From Podarcis filfolensis (taxonomy: Eukaryota), in the NCBI GenBank assembly GCA_964270895.1, contig OZ185436.1: 64,000 bases of DNA. One strand, 5' to 3'. Shown in pieces: positions 42,269 to 55,041 of this stretch (positions are counted from its first letter, which is position 1; every line of letters starts with the position of its first letter). A model generated the notes under the pieces. That model searched no databases, was not told where the DNA came from, and saw nothing but the letters and a program-made list of their open reading frames with translations. Position numbers and translations under genes: made by a program.

Positions 42269-42501
42269 CAAAACATCTGTCACATAAATGATCTCAGCAG
42301 GCTTGGCTTACCATCTACAACTCGGAAACCCCACTCCCTTACTCCGTTGCTCTTCTCCTTTTTGTGCAATCTTTAGCAAAGGCAAATGACCAAAAAAGAA
42401 TTAAGCATTTAATCAAGGCTTTAAATTTGCACAAAAGCAGTGAAATAACAACCCCAAAGATAAGAAAAAGTGCTAATGACAGCCCTATGATTGGCTCTGG
42501 A

Positions 42502-42540
<39 letters not shown>
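42502..42540. repeat. (TAT)13 microsatellite
   Basis: Read directly. Confidence 0.95.
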
Positions 42541-42542
<2 letters not shown>

Positions 42543-45500
42543 GAGTGCACATGGAGTGGGGAAGGGAAATTGGGGGGGGCACACAGTGCCTACTCCTTCC
42601 TAGTCATTTGCAATACCTAGCACTAAACTCATTCTAATTAAGATCACAAACAAAAAGATTACAAACACATCATATCAGTCTTTTTTTTAAAAAAAGCCAT
42701 GCCAGTTATATTTAATACAGGGTTTTCCCTCTTGTAATTTCATTTTACCAACCAAACATATATGGTTTCTCTGAAATTAAAATTACAGCTGGGAAAGCCT
42801 TGCGTGTCCTCTGTTTAATTAGTTCTTTGAACATATATACCTGATTATGCACTGCAGTTTCAAAGATCTGCCAGATCTAGCCTATGGGGCAATGCTTCCA
42901 TTTCCTTTTCCAAGAGGACTGTTCCACACTCTAAAGTCATCCCAATTTATCCAGATTTAATAATAAAAAATTGTAAATAATGGGAATGCTACTCATCAGG
43001 ATTTCAGGGATTCATGCATGGAGTAAGCACACCAAACTCCAATAATGAGGAAAGATGGAAACAGAAGGAACTTCTTAAAATGGGTGCACTGTTCTCCAGA
43101 GTCTCCCATTTGCCAGTGTTTGGAAGGTTTGTGGTTCATTTGTTTTGTTTTCACCTTATCCTTGTACCAGTAATTTAAAGTCCCTGTCTCCTGGCTGCTG
43201 TGTGCCCCCTCTCTCACTCTCTTCCCCCTCGATCATTAAGGAGGTAATGACAGGCAGAGTGCGATCACAACAAAGCAACAGCCAAGAGCTTGAAACACAG
43301 ATGGGCCAAAAAACCTCCAGCACATTCCAGAGAGGATAGAAGCAGAACTCTCAGATTCAGATGCTTAGATTTCAGGCTACCCTTGCAGACGGAATCTGAA
43401 AATCCACAAAGGATACACGTTCTGGTACAAGTTAAGATGGGGAAGCAATACTTTTCCAAGGTAACCACTTGCTACTGACCAGCATTAATATATAGCAAAA
43501 ACGTGAAATGGACCTATGAAACTGCCCATCACTCTGTTGCTATTCTCCCCCTCCACATTGCCAGCATGCACACACAACCAGAATCCACATGCCATGAAAT
43601 TAACTGCGACTTACTTTTCTCACTTTTGCTTTCTCAAACTCATAAGGGGCTTTACACACAATCATTTTTACACAGATCGTGTATGCCTTGAACCTAACGG
43701 CGTCGCTTTTCAATTCACACAGTCCAACTAGGCATAACGGCAGGACTCTAAATTTGTGCCTCCCAAATCTGTCACCCAGGTAACTCACATTCTGTGCTCC
43801 AAAAAAAATTGGCAACTTAATAAAAGTCATGAACATACCCCCCCCCCAAAAAAGCCAATATTTGCTGCAACATGCTTTAGTCTAAAAACAACAGCTGAGT
43901 TGGGGCAGGTTTTTTTGGAATGGTAAGTGGTGATATATTAGCAGGTGATGCTTGGATAGATGAAAGTCAATTGGGATACATGAGCAGGAAAGCCTAACTG
44001 GAAACTAGGGGTAGTGGTGATAGCAGACTACAATCACTAGGACTCCTTCGCAGATACTGGTTTTTACATTTCAAGTGGAATCCCTTTAATTACAAGGGCA
44101 GAAACTTTTTCTTTCAAAGCAAAAATGAAGGGTATTATTAATTGACTTCACATATTTGATGTACATTCCACCAGAAATTATAAGTGGAGGACAGATTAAA
44201 GAGTAGCAAAACAGAAGGTTTCCCCCACCATGCCTAAGAGCATTTTAAAGAGCGTGGTGGTTTTTTTAAACGCCACAGATTAACATTGGTTAGTGAGAAG
44301 GCTCCTATAAACACAGGATGAATTAATGGAAGTCCACCTTGACTAACTGAACAAAATCATAGATAAAGCCTATTCGACTCCATTAATCCCTACTGAATGA
44401 GCAAGACAAAGGCCACAAACACCAGAAGCAACAGAGCAATGGAAATGTGTCCCAAAAGGTTTAATGAGAACTTTAATCTATAATAACTGAATGAAGAGGC
44501 AATCCATATTTATTTCAGATACGTTGATTTTGTAAATGGTCTGCTATTTTCAATGTGAAATCCTCACAACGGAGGCCTTTCCTCTTTACCCAAAGCAACA
44601 CCTTCCCTGTGCTGGAGAGCTAAAAGCATCCAACAGCTTCTTAAACTGGAGGACCACGGCGAGAAGACCTGATGGCAGGCCCACAACTGGGGAAGACTAG
44701 ATCACAGAAGCACCGGACTGTGCTCAGCTACAGTGAGCAACCTGTGCACTTGCACTGACAAGTGCTTGATTCTCTGTAATTAATAACTGCATCGTGTTCT
44801 GGAGCTGATTACTTCTCCCAAATATGTTACGAATCCTGCGTCAACATTAATTACTCTGTGAGGTCAGCAGTGAGGGGAAGTTAAGGCCACCCCTCACTTC
44901 TCCAATCAAAAACATCCTTGTTATACAGGAAAACGTAAAGCCAATTTTTGCACAATTGCTTGTACTAAATTAAGCGGACATTGTAAGGGCTGGCAAAGGG
45001 AGGAGGAGTCGGTATGGGGGGAAGGAAAGGGAGAGGCCACACTGGGGGAAATGGAGCCAGGGAATCTGATGATGTCAGACAAGTCTCTTGGAAATGTGCG
45101 GCTGGTCATGCATCAAACAAGCCCAATTGAATAAACCAAGTGCTGCAGAAAATGACAGTAGCAGTGATATTAATATAAATATTGATATTAATGTCAGTGA
45201 GCATGGTAGCCACGCAGCAGTGACCCAAAAATCATTCTGACCAGCATGTGGAAATGTATGCCTTGCCAGCATGTTGGCCCTTTTATTAAGGACTTGAGAG
45301 ATCAGATCAAAAGCCTATCTACTCCAGCATCCGGATTCTCCCCCAGTGCCCAGCCAGATGCCTGTGGGAGGCCCACAAGCAGCATATAATGGCAATAGTC
45401 CTCTCCCACTATTATTCGGCAGCAACTGGCATTCAGAGGCATACTGCTTCTGATCTTGGAGTCAGAATAGAGCAACCACAACCAGCAGCCATCAACTGCC

Positions 45501-45960
45501 TTACCTCCTTGCCCCACAAATCTGCCTAGTACCCCCTTAATGCAATCTAAGTTGGTGGCCATCAAATCTTTTGATAGACAAAGTATTTATTCACATAACA
45601 TATGCTATCTTGAATCTCCCACTACCCAGCTGCTCAATATGGCCACAGGTTTCAGCATTATGAGATACTAGACCTTCATTGACCTTCAATGTTACAGAGA
45701 TGGCAGCACCATTGTACATTTTCCTTCTACAGAGATAACACCTCAGAACTACAGCCATCTATCTCAGTTACAGTGGTAGCCCCTCTGGTCCACGTGTGTG
45801 TGCTTAAATCACATCAAAGGGGAAGTACACAGCCACATGCAATCAATCAATATGTGAAGATCCAACCAAGTGTGCAGAGCATTGAAGATAAACACAAACT
45901 GTGCCTCTCAGAAAAAGTTCTCCATAGAGTGAGAGAGCATTTGGTTAGAGATGTACCACA

Positions 45961-45963
<3 letters not shown>

Positions 45964-45994
<31 letters not shown>
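45964..45994. repeat. (AC)15 microsatellite
   Basis: Read directly. Confidence 0.95.
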
Positions 45995-45995
<1 letters not shown>

Positions 45996-46859
45996 TTTGT
46001 CTGCAAAGAAAGGATGGACCTGTCAGTGAGGGCCTCAAGACAGAGCAACACAAACACCAGAGGCAACTGACCGGGTCATTGGCTCTCAAGAAGCTGAAGT
46101 TATTTCTGAGATATTTTGCACACACACACAACATTACCCACATGCAAAGCACAGGCTCATTCTGAGACCGCATAGGTAATAAAGACCAGCACAGTGAGCT
46201 TGCAAAGGAGATACGAAGTAGCGGTGCAGTTCATGTCACAGAAGCAGAAGCACTGAAATGAAAATGGCACAAAGCAGCAACGCCCCGCTGTGCAGTACAG
46301 AACAGCCCAGTGCTGTACAGATATTTCCAAACAATTTGCCCAGTCTATTTTTCAGCGTGCCAAACGACAGCGATGCCATCAATTCAATCAAGAGACTTTC
46401 CCACACCCTGATAGATTTTGCTGTCAGGAAAATGTCTCTGCTCTTATTTGCTTTTATTCGTTTTCATTCTGCTCCTACTCATTGAAAAATCCTATCTACT
46501 TGGATCTGCCTCTAGCAACAACTTTGCTGCCTATCTTCAATGCTTAGCCATATTACATACGGCTCACTCTGCTCTTGCCCCATTTAACCTATCCATAACA
46601 ACCTAAAGAACAACAGCAACACCGTCTTTCTCTTACTTGCTGTCAAGCAACATCTTTCTGCAACTGCAATGCTCAGGCACAGGCACAATACTTCAGTTAT
46701 TCTCAGGGCAACTAAAGGAAAAATGAGCAGAACTGATGTCTCCTTGCTCTGGAATTTAGTGAAAGAGGACCAGCAGCAATAGTAGGAATGCACCAGTGTA
46801 GCTGGTTCAGTTATGGTTGCTGGAGATGAATGCTCTAATCTTGCTGCAGCCATTCGCTT

Positions 46860-46960
46860 GCTAGGTGGCCTTGGTCAGGCTCAATTCCCATTTTGTAAAA
46901 CTGGGATGACAGTGACTTACTTCGTAAGGTTGCTGTGAGAATGAATGAAATGAGAATTTC
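46860..46960 (+). mobile_element. Ancient CORE-SINE (MIR-like) remnant
   Basis: ttttgtaaaactgggatgacagtgacttacttcgtaaggttgctgtgagaatgaatgaaatgaga resembles the MIR core tctgtaaaatgggg..tacctcatagggttgttgtgaggattaaatgaga (from memory). Confidence 0.55.
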
Positions 46961-47634
46961 AAACTTGTTCTTTTGTTCAGCGTGCTATAAGAAATGGCAA
47001 CAACTGGGGAAAGCTCAATAGAATATTATTTTTATTCCTGGATCTCCCAGTCAGTCTGACTCCCTAATGTGCATCGCACCCATGAATCAATGTTTCCCCA
47101 TTATTCTCTTTATACCTAGCTCCTAGCAGTTTGGAAATTCCCCCCCCCCATTCTGAAAAAAGGGTCCTATGAGCCAGCATTTGGGGAACTATCTCAGATA
47201 AGTCTCCCTCACATTTTTAGTGGTTGTTCACTTTTTAGTCAAATAAAAATACACCATGAACAGTTAATGATGGACACAACAGCACAGTTATCCTGCTGAA
47301 AAACTCTCCAAGACACACTTGAGGTCAAAACAAACAACCCCCTAAGCTTATATAAGCAGCAGAATCTTCAATGTGCCCTCTCTAAAGAGAATCAAATCCT
47401 GTGGGTGGTGGGAAGTGGTGAAGCTGTCTTGCTTTAAGGTCATCAGTCTAGCCTAAGCCACCAATAAACCCAGACCCCAGACACTTCAGCTCCTTGTGAA
47501 ACAGGAGAGAAGACTCAGAGAAGACTGCAGCAGCAAGAATCCCTCCTCCCCACAGGCATAAACTCACAAAGCTCAGGAAGGCAAATGTAAGCCAAGCTGA
47601 AATGTTATCCAAGCAGACACACATACACACATTA

Positions 47635-47802
<168 letters not shown>

Positions 47803-49444
47803 TTAAACAAGAAGCCTATATGCATCAGCTCCCAACTGGCCAGGGAATAGCCTGCAGGCCTAATCTTGGCCAATATAGTCTAGTGTTAAAAGGCCATGGC
47901 TAGTTAAAACAATATCCCCAACTTTATTTAAGGAAAAGAAAATTAAACAAACATTACATCAGAAGCTTCTTGCCCCCCACTAAAGAGACAGAAGAAAAAA
48001 CGCAGCACAAAGATACAATGGCTTCCTCCAAAGTTATGAAGTGACAGCAGAGAAGAGAACCAAGACCCAATTTACAGAAAAGAAACCAGAAGGGATCTCT
48101 CTTGTGCCCTCTAGTCCAGTTCCATGATACTGAAGCATAGGTGGCAGGCAGGTAAAAGGCCTGGAGGCTGGTGTTTTGGCATAAGACTACCTTTGTGGCT
48201 GCACACATAAAAAGAGATGGAGAATGACAAAATGCCGGCAGAATTTTTTATTTTTTTAAAGGAAGCCTTGGGCTAGAGGAAACAGTTCTATGTCACAGGA
48301 ATGTCCTCCCTGTGTTCTGATTTCACATCTCACAAGTCCTATAGCAGTTGGCTTTGCTGGGAGGAGCATGCCAGAGGAGAAATGGCATCCTGCACCTTTA
48401 ATGGCACCTACAAGAGGAAGCAGGTTGTTTGTGCATAGGTTCCAGTGCTGTACAAGTGAGAGTTTATAGGGGGGGATGTGGGAGGGGGGGAGAGAAATCA
48501 AATTAATGGCACTTTAAAAAGGAAGCTAGAAGCGGCAGAGGGCTGTAGGCTGATCAGTTTGATGAGAAAAAACAAACTGTCAGCTTGAAAGGCACACTAT
48601 CTTATCTGTAACTAGTGGGACTAGAAAAGAGAAAAGGCAGAGAAGATATTGCAGCTTTTAATTAAAAGCAGATCCTTTTATCTGCCAGCTGTGGAAGACA
48701 AGGCGAAATCTCCTCCACATGCTCCCCCCTCCCTCTACAATCCTCTCTGTCACTATTTCTATCTACAGGGCTATTCCCCCCCCCCTTTCCTCTTTTTTTA
48801 TTATCTCATTTTAGGTGCCTGCTTCTGTCGCAGCCTCTGGGCCAACTTGGAGTTGGCAGGGTCACAGCCCCAGGCACTGGCTTGTGGCGATAATGGGCAA
48901 TTAGGTTTTATCAGCAGGATCAGAAGCAGCATTCTGTCCAATTTCTCAGCATCTGTCTGTCACGTAATGAGAGACCCACAGCCTTTTGCAGGCAGGCTTC
49001 TCTCTCCCTTTAAAACTTTTCCTCTTGAAACCTCGCTAACTTCCTTCAAACTGCGCCAAATAAAAATCTACCACCTCCAATAAAACTGCTTCACTTGACC
49101 CCTCTGTCTCTCCCCAAAAGGACAACCCATGAATAAGGGACCAGTTTTGCAGAAGCACCAGAGATGGAGGCACAGCCTTAGCGTCAGAGTGAGCCATGGA
49201 CACGCTAAGCGGAGCATAAAACCTGTTGTGCTTCAGTCAACTTGCTCAGATAGGGTTCCTTCCCATACTCAAATATACTGCTTAGATGGGGGAGCGGCAA
49301 AAAGGTTGGCCAGTACTGGCCAAATCTGACCTTCACTCCAAAGGACGGTGGCATACAAGCACACTAACCTGCGATATTACGACGACAACCCAGAGGAGGG
49401 CATTAATGATGGTGAAATCAATAGTGGTCAGATTCTAGTTCTAT

Positions 49445-49655
49445 TATTGTTATTACCTACATTCTGTCCTGCTGTTCCTCCAAGGAGTTTGGGGTGATGA
49501 ACAAAGTTCCCCCCACACCCCTTTTACAATCTTGTAAGCTCACCAGAGAGGTAATAACTGACCCAAGGTCACTCGGTGAGTTATATGGCTAAGCAAGATC
49601 TCTAAACATGTGCCTTCCTGATCCTAATTTAGCACATCCATACACCACACTGGCC
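49445..49655 (-). mobile_element. tRNA-derived SINE with an L2-like tail
   Basis: Reversed head catacaccacactggc; body gacccaaggtcactcggtgag; tail ttcctccaaggag...tattattg. Confidence 0.6.
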
Positions 49656-50792
49656 AAAGAAATCTATGTGCCAGGTTTTCGTATTTTGGGCAGGGAAGGC
49701 AGCACGAACAAAGCACTGGTAAGTGGGCAATTTTCTCCAACATCTTGCAAACATAGCAAGGATTTTTGTGATTGTTGGTTAATGATACCACTTCGTAGGT
49801 AATTAGGATACTTTATGAGCAGGGCAGGTCCCGTCTCATTAAAGCTTAGAGATGAAACTAATTGCTTAGTACGAATTCTCAGGCAAGGTTCAATCAAGTG
49901 GGAGGCTGCTGGCAGGAAGGGAACTTCTACAACAGTGCTCCACATGGGGGTGAAGTCAACCCAAGTTGCAATCATATGGATCTGCCCAATTGTATGTTGG
50001 TTGTTATTTCACAGTTAATTCCTCCAAAAAGCTTAGAGAGGCTTACGTGGTTCCCAGGTGGCCTCCTATCCAGGCATCTGACAGAGCCAAACCTCTGCAG
50101 CTTCAAGCAACAGAAAATGGACCATGTGCCTTCAAAGCCATTTTCTGAAAGTCTCCAACAGAGGCTTTCTATTGTACAGAATGTTCAACATGGAGGTTTC
50201 AATCTATGCATTGCTTCATTGCCAGTGCCAGCTGGGACTATATGGTGCTGGCAAGGAGATGTTCCATCCAACTGGATTGTTCCACATAGTAACAGCTTGC
50301 AAATATAACATTGCCATAAGGGAGTGAGTTTTGGTGAGCCTCCCAATCACCTAGATTACAGAAACGAATTGGATGAGATCCCACTAGCGGAGGAATATAA
50401 TGGGACAGTCAAACTACCTGTGAAACCAGTGGGTCTCTTTCTTCAAACTCAGATGTGCCAATCATACATTATGTGGTGGGAGAGGGTTGTTTTGTTTTGT
50501 TTCAGAGCAAAAGGAGTACACCAATGGGGGGTATTGGCACCCACTTCCACCTCTCTCCCACAGTCTGCCTCCCACCCAGCTGCTTTTCTCCTTTGCCAAG
50601 TTCAGATACTGGAAGTGAGCTCAGTTGGAAGAAAAACCCATGTGGGGAGAGACTAGGAGGAAGGAAGTAGAGGGTACGGGGAAAGTTCATCTCCACCTGT
50701 GGAATTATGAACCCATTTTCCTAATTGCCCGAAATGGTGGCAAAGCTTGTTGCATTTTATGGTAAGATTCCCCCTCTGCTTTTTCCTTAAAC

Positions 50793-50923
50793 CAGTGTTT
50801 TTCCAACTTGGGTCTCCAGCTGTTGTTGGACTACAACTCCCATCATCCCTAGCTAGCCAGACTAGTGATCAGGAATTGTGGGAGCTGTAGTCCAACTTGG
50901 AGACCCAAGTTTGAGAAACACTG
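50793..50923. mobile_element. hAT-type palindromic MITE
   Basis: TIR cagtgtttttccaacttgggtctcca against the reverse complement of the right end, cagtgtttctcaaacttgggtctcca. Inner arms gttggactacaactccca / tgggagctgtagtccaac. 8-bp flanks ccttaaac/ctttcaac match at 6/8. Confidence 0.85.
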
Positions 50924-51121
50924 CTTTCAACAATGGCATTGCTGCTATCGTTGTTTAAAAATGTATATGGAGTAAATGAAGGACTTTAGAAACTGGTGCG
51001 GCCCCAAAAATCAGGAAAAAAATCTCTCTCAAGGGGTGGGATTTAATGGGAAGTAACAGACTGGTAAGTAGCAGAGCTATGAAAAAGAAAAAGAAAAAAA
51101 CCCCGGGCCCATCATTCACAC

Positions 51122-51356
51122 CTTCCTTGCACTCCAAGGCCACGCGGGATTCCAAGTTGTCCATCTGCAGCTGTAGACGTTTGAGGGTGCGGTCAGCATC
51201 TCGGGATTTCCGCTTGTATGCAATGAGGACGATGATGATGATGAGTAAGAGAAGACCCCCACCCCCACCAATTCCAATAATGGCTGGCAGGGTCAACAAG
51301 TTGTCTGAATAGATCTGCAGCATCCCTGGGGAGAATTCAAAGCCCCCAGCCTTGAT
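51122..51356 (-). CDS. PLXNA1: PLXNA1 exon ~20: end of last IPT, transmembrane helix and juxtamembrane segment ([11 protein letters not shown]...[51 protein letters not shown])
   Basis: 235 nt; CAG acceptor; GTGTGA donor; glycine-rich TM segment followed by the KRK motif. Confidence 0.97.

Positions 51357-51358
<2 letters not shown>

Positions 51359-51400
<42 letters not shown>
51359..51400. repeat. (GA)21 microsatellite, i.e. (TC)21 polypyrimidine tract of the TM-exon acceptor
   Basis: Read directly; abuts the acceptor CAG at 51359-51357. Confidence 0.95.
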
Positions 51401-51405
<5 letters not shown>

Positions 51406-54082
51406 TATATATTAGCTCACACCTTCCTGCCAAAAAGGACTTTTATATTCCCATCCACTTGCTAGAGATGGGGAATTGCTTTCCAACATCAATTATAATG
51501 AAATAAGGGACTTGGGTAGTTTCTGAAATTGGGCATTTTGGAATTCCTCCTTTTTGGGAGTGTGATGAAGGTGAAAGAACTGAGCAGTGGGTTATTGTCA
51601 TAGTAATTATTAAGGGAATGGCAAAGATCCCAAGGCACTCTTGGCTGTTGGGCATAACAGGATGAAAAATGCCAGGGGAGGACATTCTTATTTTCTGAAT
51701 TTATATCCTTTCCATCCTCCCAAAGGTGCCCATGCACCATGCCGAGAAAAGCTGCCAAGGAAGCAGTTCCCTCAAGCTGCAAGACCCAATTCCTACACAG
51801 GGGCTCAGAGGGCACATGGTCTGTGCAAGCTCTCAACAGTGTTACAGCAAATGGCAATTCAAACTGCTTTTCAATAAATTAATTTTAAAACATGCACCAT
51901 TCAGAACCAAGGCAAACAGTATGCCCCTCTCATATTCAGGTATCAGAACGCAAGTATAAAATGTCAAATGAGAAGAGATTCTTAGACGTGGTTCTCTGCC
52001 AGCATATACAGAGAATCCAGCATAGATGAGGCCTTCCAGGAACGGGCAGGAAGGGGAATGTTTTGCCCATTGCCTGCTACCCCTGAAAACGGTTTAATAG
52101 CAAGCTACTTGGCGCTGAGAATGTTACCAAGGCGTGAAGTATTTCAAGCTGGTGCCCACTGCTACCACCTTGTAATCATGAGGTAAGCGAATAGCTGCCA
52201 ACTTCAGAGCTGCAGAAATTTTAATATTAATAAGAAAGAGACAATTGCCACATTGGGTAGTTCACTGATTGTTGAACAAGCGGGGGGGGGGGGCCTCTCT
52301 GCCAGTCATAGTAATGGTTACTCCTGCCTAGCTACCCACATCCCAAGCATCTTCTAGGTAGCACTGACTGCAGCCATCAGAGGGAAGCAAATGCCTAAGT
52401 GGAGAAGGACAATGGCCAAGCAGTGCAGGGTTAAGTCTCACATTGCCTGTTCAAAGCATTGCAAAGGGATTTGATGGGATGCAGGAACAGGCTGGTATGT
52501 TGCTGAGCAGGCAGCAAGTTTGATGTCTCATTCACAAAGCGTTGTAATAACAGATGGGATGCAAAGTGCATTCCCTGATGGATGAGGTGCCTGGAGTAAG
52601 AAACATTTTGGGTCCCTTTCAAACACCCAAGGCCACACTGAGCCCCTGAGTGAGTCAGAACTGCTGTGCCGCAGTCTAATGTGCAACTAATCCTGCTTAA
52701 CCCATTCATGAGTCCGTTTTGTCCTGCTTCTGCTTTAATCTGTTTTTTAAAAAAATGAAAAGTCAAATGTGCATTTTATATCGAAGTACATATTTAAACA
52801 TATATTCTATCTCAATGTATGCATTTATAAATGCATTTTACCCCAACATACATATTTTTAACTGCACTTCATTCCATTTCTTGAATCAAGAACTACATCG
52901 CAAAATTCAGACAAGTGTGAAATCCAGAGGACATTTTACGCCCCAGTCAGCACATAAGTCTAGGAGGTCAGTTCACACCAGAAGTCACAAAAATTGAATT
53001 CCTCAAGGTTCTTTTTTTTAAAAAAATAAATCACTCCCCTTCTAAAGTCAATGGAAATAAATGAGCAAGTAATCGTGACAGTTAGTTGGAGGCATCCAAA
53101 ATATGAGGACGGGGCACCAGGCAGGGAGTGTTATGGAGCTGGGCGATATATCAATATCCAACACCGGTTTGACGTTCACATTGTGAAAATAGTTTCATAA
53201 TATTTTAGCGGACAATGTATCACAACTCACAATGTGTGTAAGGGCTAGGCGATATTTGATTTTCAACATCATGATAATTCACCAGCTAAACACTGCAATT
53301 GTTATCAGCAGCTAAACCTCACAATATCACCAGCTAAACACTGCAGTCTACTGTACCACAATGTCTGAAATAAGGATGGAACTAAACAGAGGTGGACAGG
53401 ACAATGCCCTGGCAACTGCTACTACTTAGGGATCTAAAATGGATAAATGACAATATTATCAATCATCACACACTGAATTTCATCAGCAGGCAAGCCAAAA
53501 TGCATCCCAACAGGACTTTTGGTTTTGGGCTTGGCTACCAAATGGTGGTATTCAGAACAATTCAAAATATACAATCATGAGCTTACTTTACCTCCACCGA
53601 AAGAGAGAGGCCCAGCTGAAGGGTAAAAATGAAATTTTCAAGAACAGTGGCCCACAGGCAAAACATGCCCTTGCATGTTCACTAGCAGTGGTGCTAAGTG
53701 TTTAGTGGAAGTAACAGCAGTAAGCGCTAAGGAAAAGCTGGCATGTTGCTAGCTCATTATGATGAACACCATTTGTGAAATGGTAGAAAAGAGGGCTCAG
53801 TGAAGTCTATTCATGAAAAGGGACCACAGGAGAGAAGAGAAAGAGAGCACTGATCCATGCACTCCAGCGCAACTATACCATCCAGACACAAGCTCTATAA
53901 TGGAACAGAAACCACTGGAATTTGTACATCCCTCTGAACCCTGTGCAACTGGCTCAACTGACACCCAAGAGCAGCATTAAAAGCTTTGTTACAGATGAAC
54001 TCATGAAGGAATCAGAAATGGGGCACAAAGGGCCCACAGAAAGGTTTTTATATGAATTGGAATAGTTTCTCTCATTCATTCA

Positions 54083-54154
54083 TATCTCTATCTCTATCTC
54101 TATCTCTATCTCTATCTCTATCTCTATCTCTATCTCTATCTCTATCTCTATCTC
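54083..54154. repeat. (TATCTC)12 hexanucleotide repeat
   Basis: Read directly. Confidence 0.95.
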
Positions 54155-54822
54155 TCTCTTTCTAAAAGCCTTCTAGATCTTTGAAGTCCCACCTGCAGAA
54201 CACCAAACACTGAGATCCAAAAAATCATCATCCACTCCAAATCTCAAAATCTGGATTTCTTTCCTTCGGTCTGCCAAGATTTCCTACTCTGATGCTGCCT
54301 CAAACAGAGAGATTACAAACATGCAAATTAATCACATAAAAATTGCATTAATAGCATGCATAATATAGTCTGGCGTGACGTTGTATTTATGCACAAGCCA
54401 TGTGCAAAGTGATAAGTAACTGAAGGCAGGTAAGTGTTCAATTCAGGCAGAGGAAGGATGGAGTGTTCCATCCCTTTTTTATGCCCAACAGAGAAACTAA
54501 ATGGGCTGCCAGGGAAGCTGCTGCAGGACGGACTGGTTCTCCTCTGCCAACCCCTAGCAGGCTAGTAAACTTTCTTTTCAGGCTAGCAACCTTTGTGGGT
54601 GTATTTACAAGGTTGGTTTGGTGCACGGAAACTGGATGTGTATTGAGCGGCTGCTGACAGAGAACATATTTCCCAACAGCAGGATCTGGATTTGGGAATA
54701 GGTGGGAGAGAGCGAAAAGATTAAAAAGCGGAATGTGTTCCACATTCTTTGCAACCCGGACTGCACAGGGCTCTTCCAGGAGGAAAAATAATGAGCACCC
54801 AGTGAATAGTACAAGGCTGTCA

Positions 54823-55041
<219 letters not shown>

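Noticed and set aside
45075-45272. Hydrophobic minus-strand ORF resembling an alternative TM exon
   Set aside because: The hydrophobicity comes from an AT-rich palindrome, no adequate splice sites flank it, and it lies downstream of the real TM exon.
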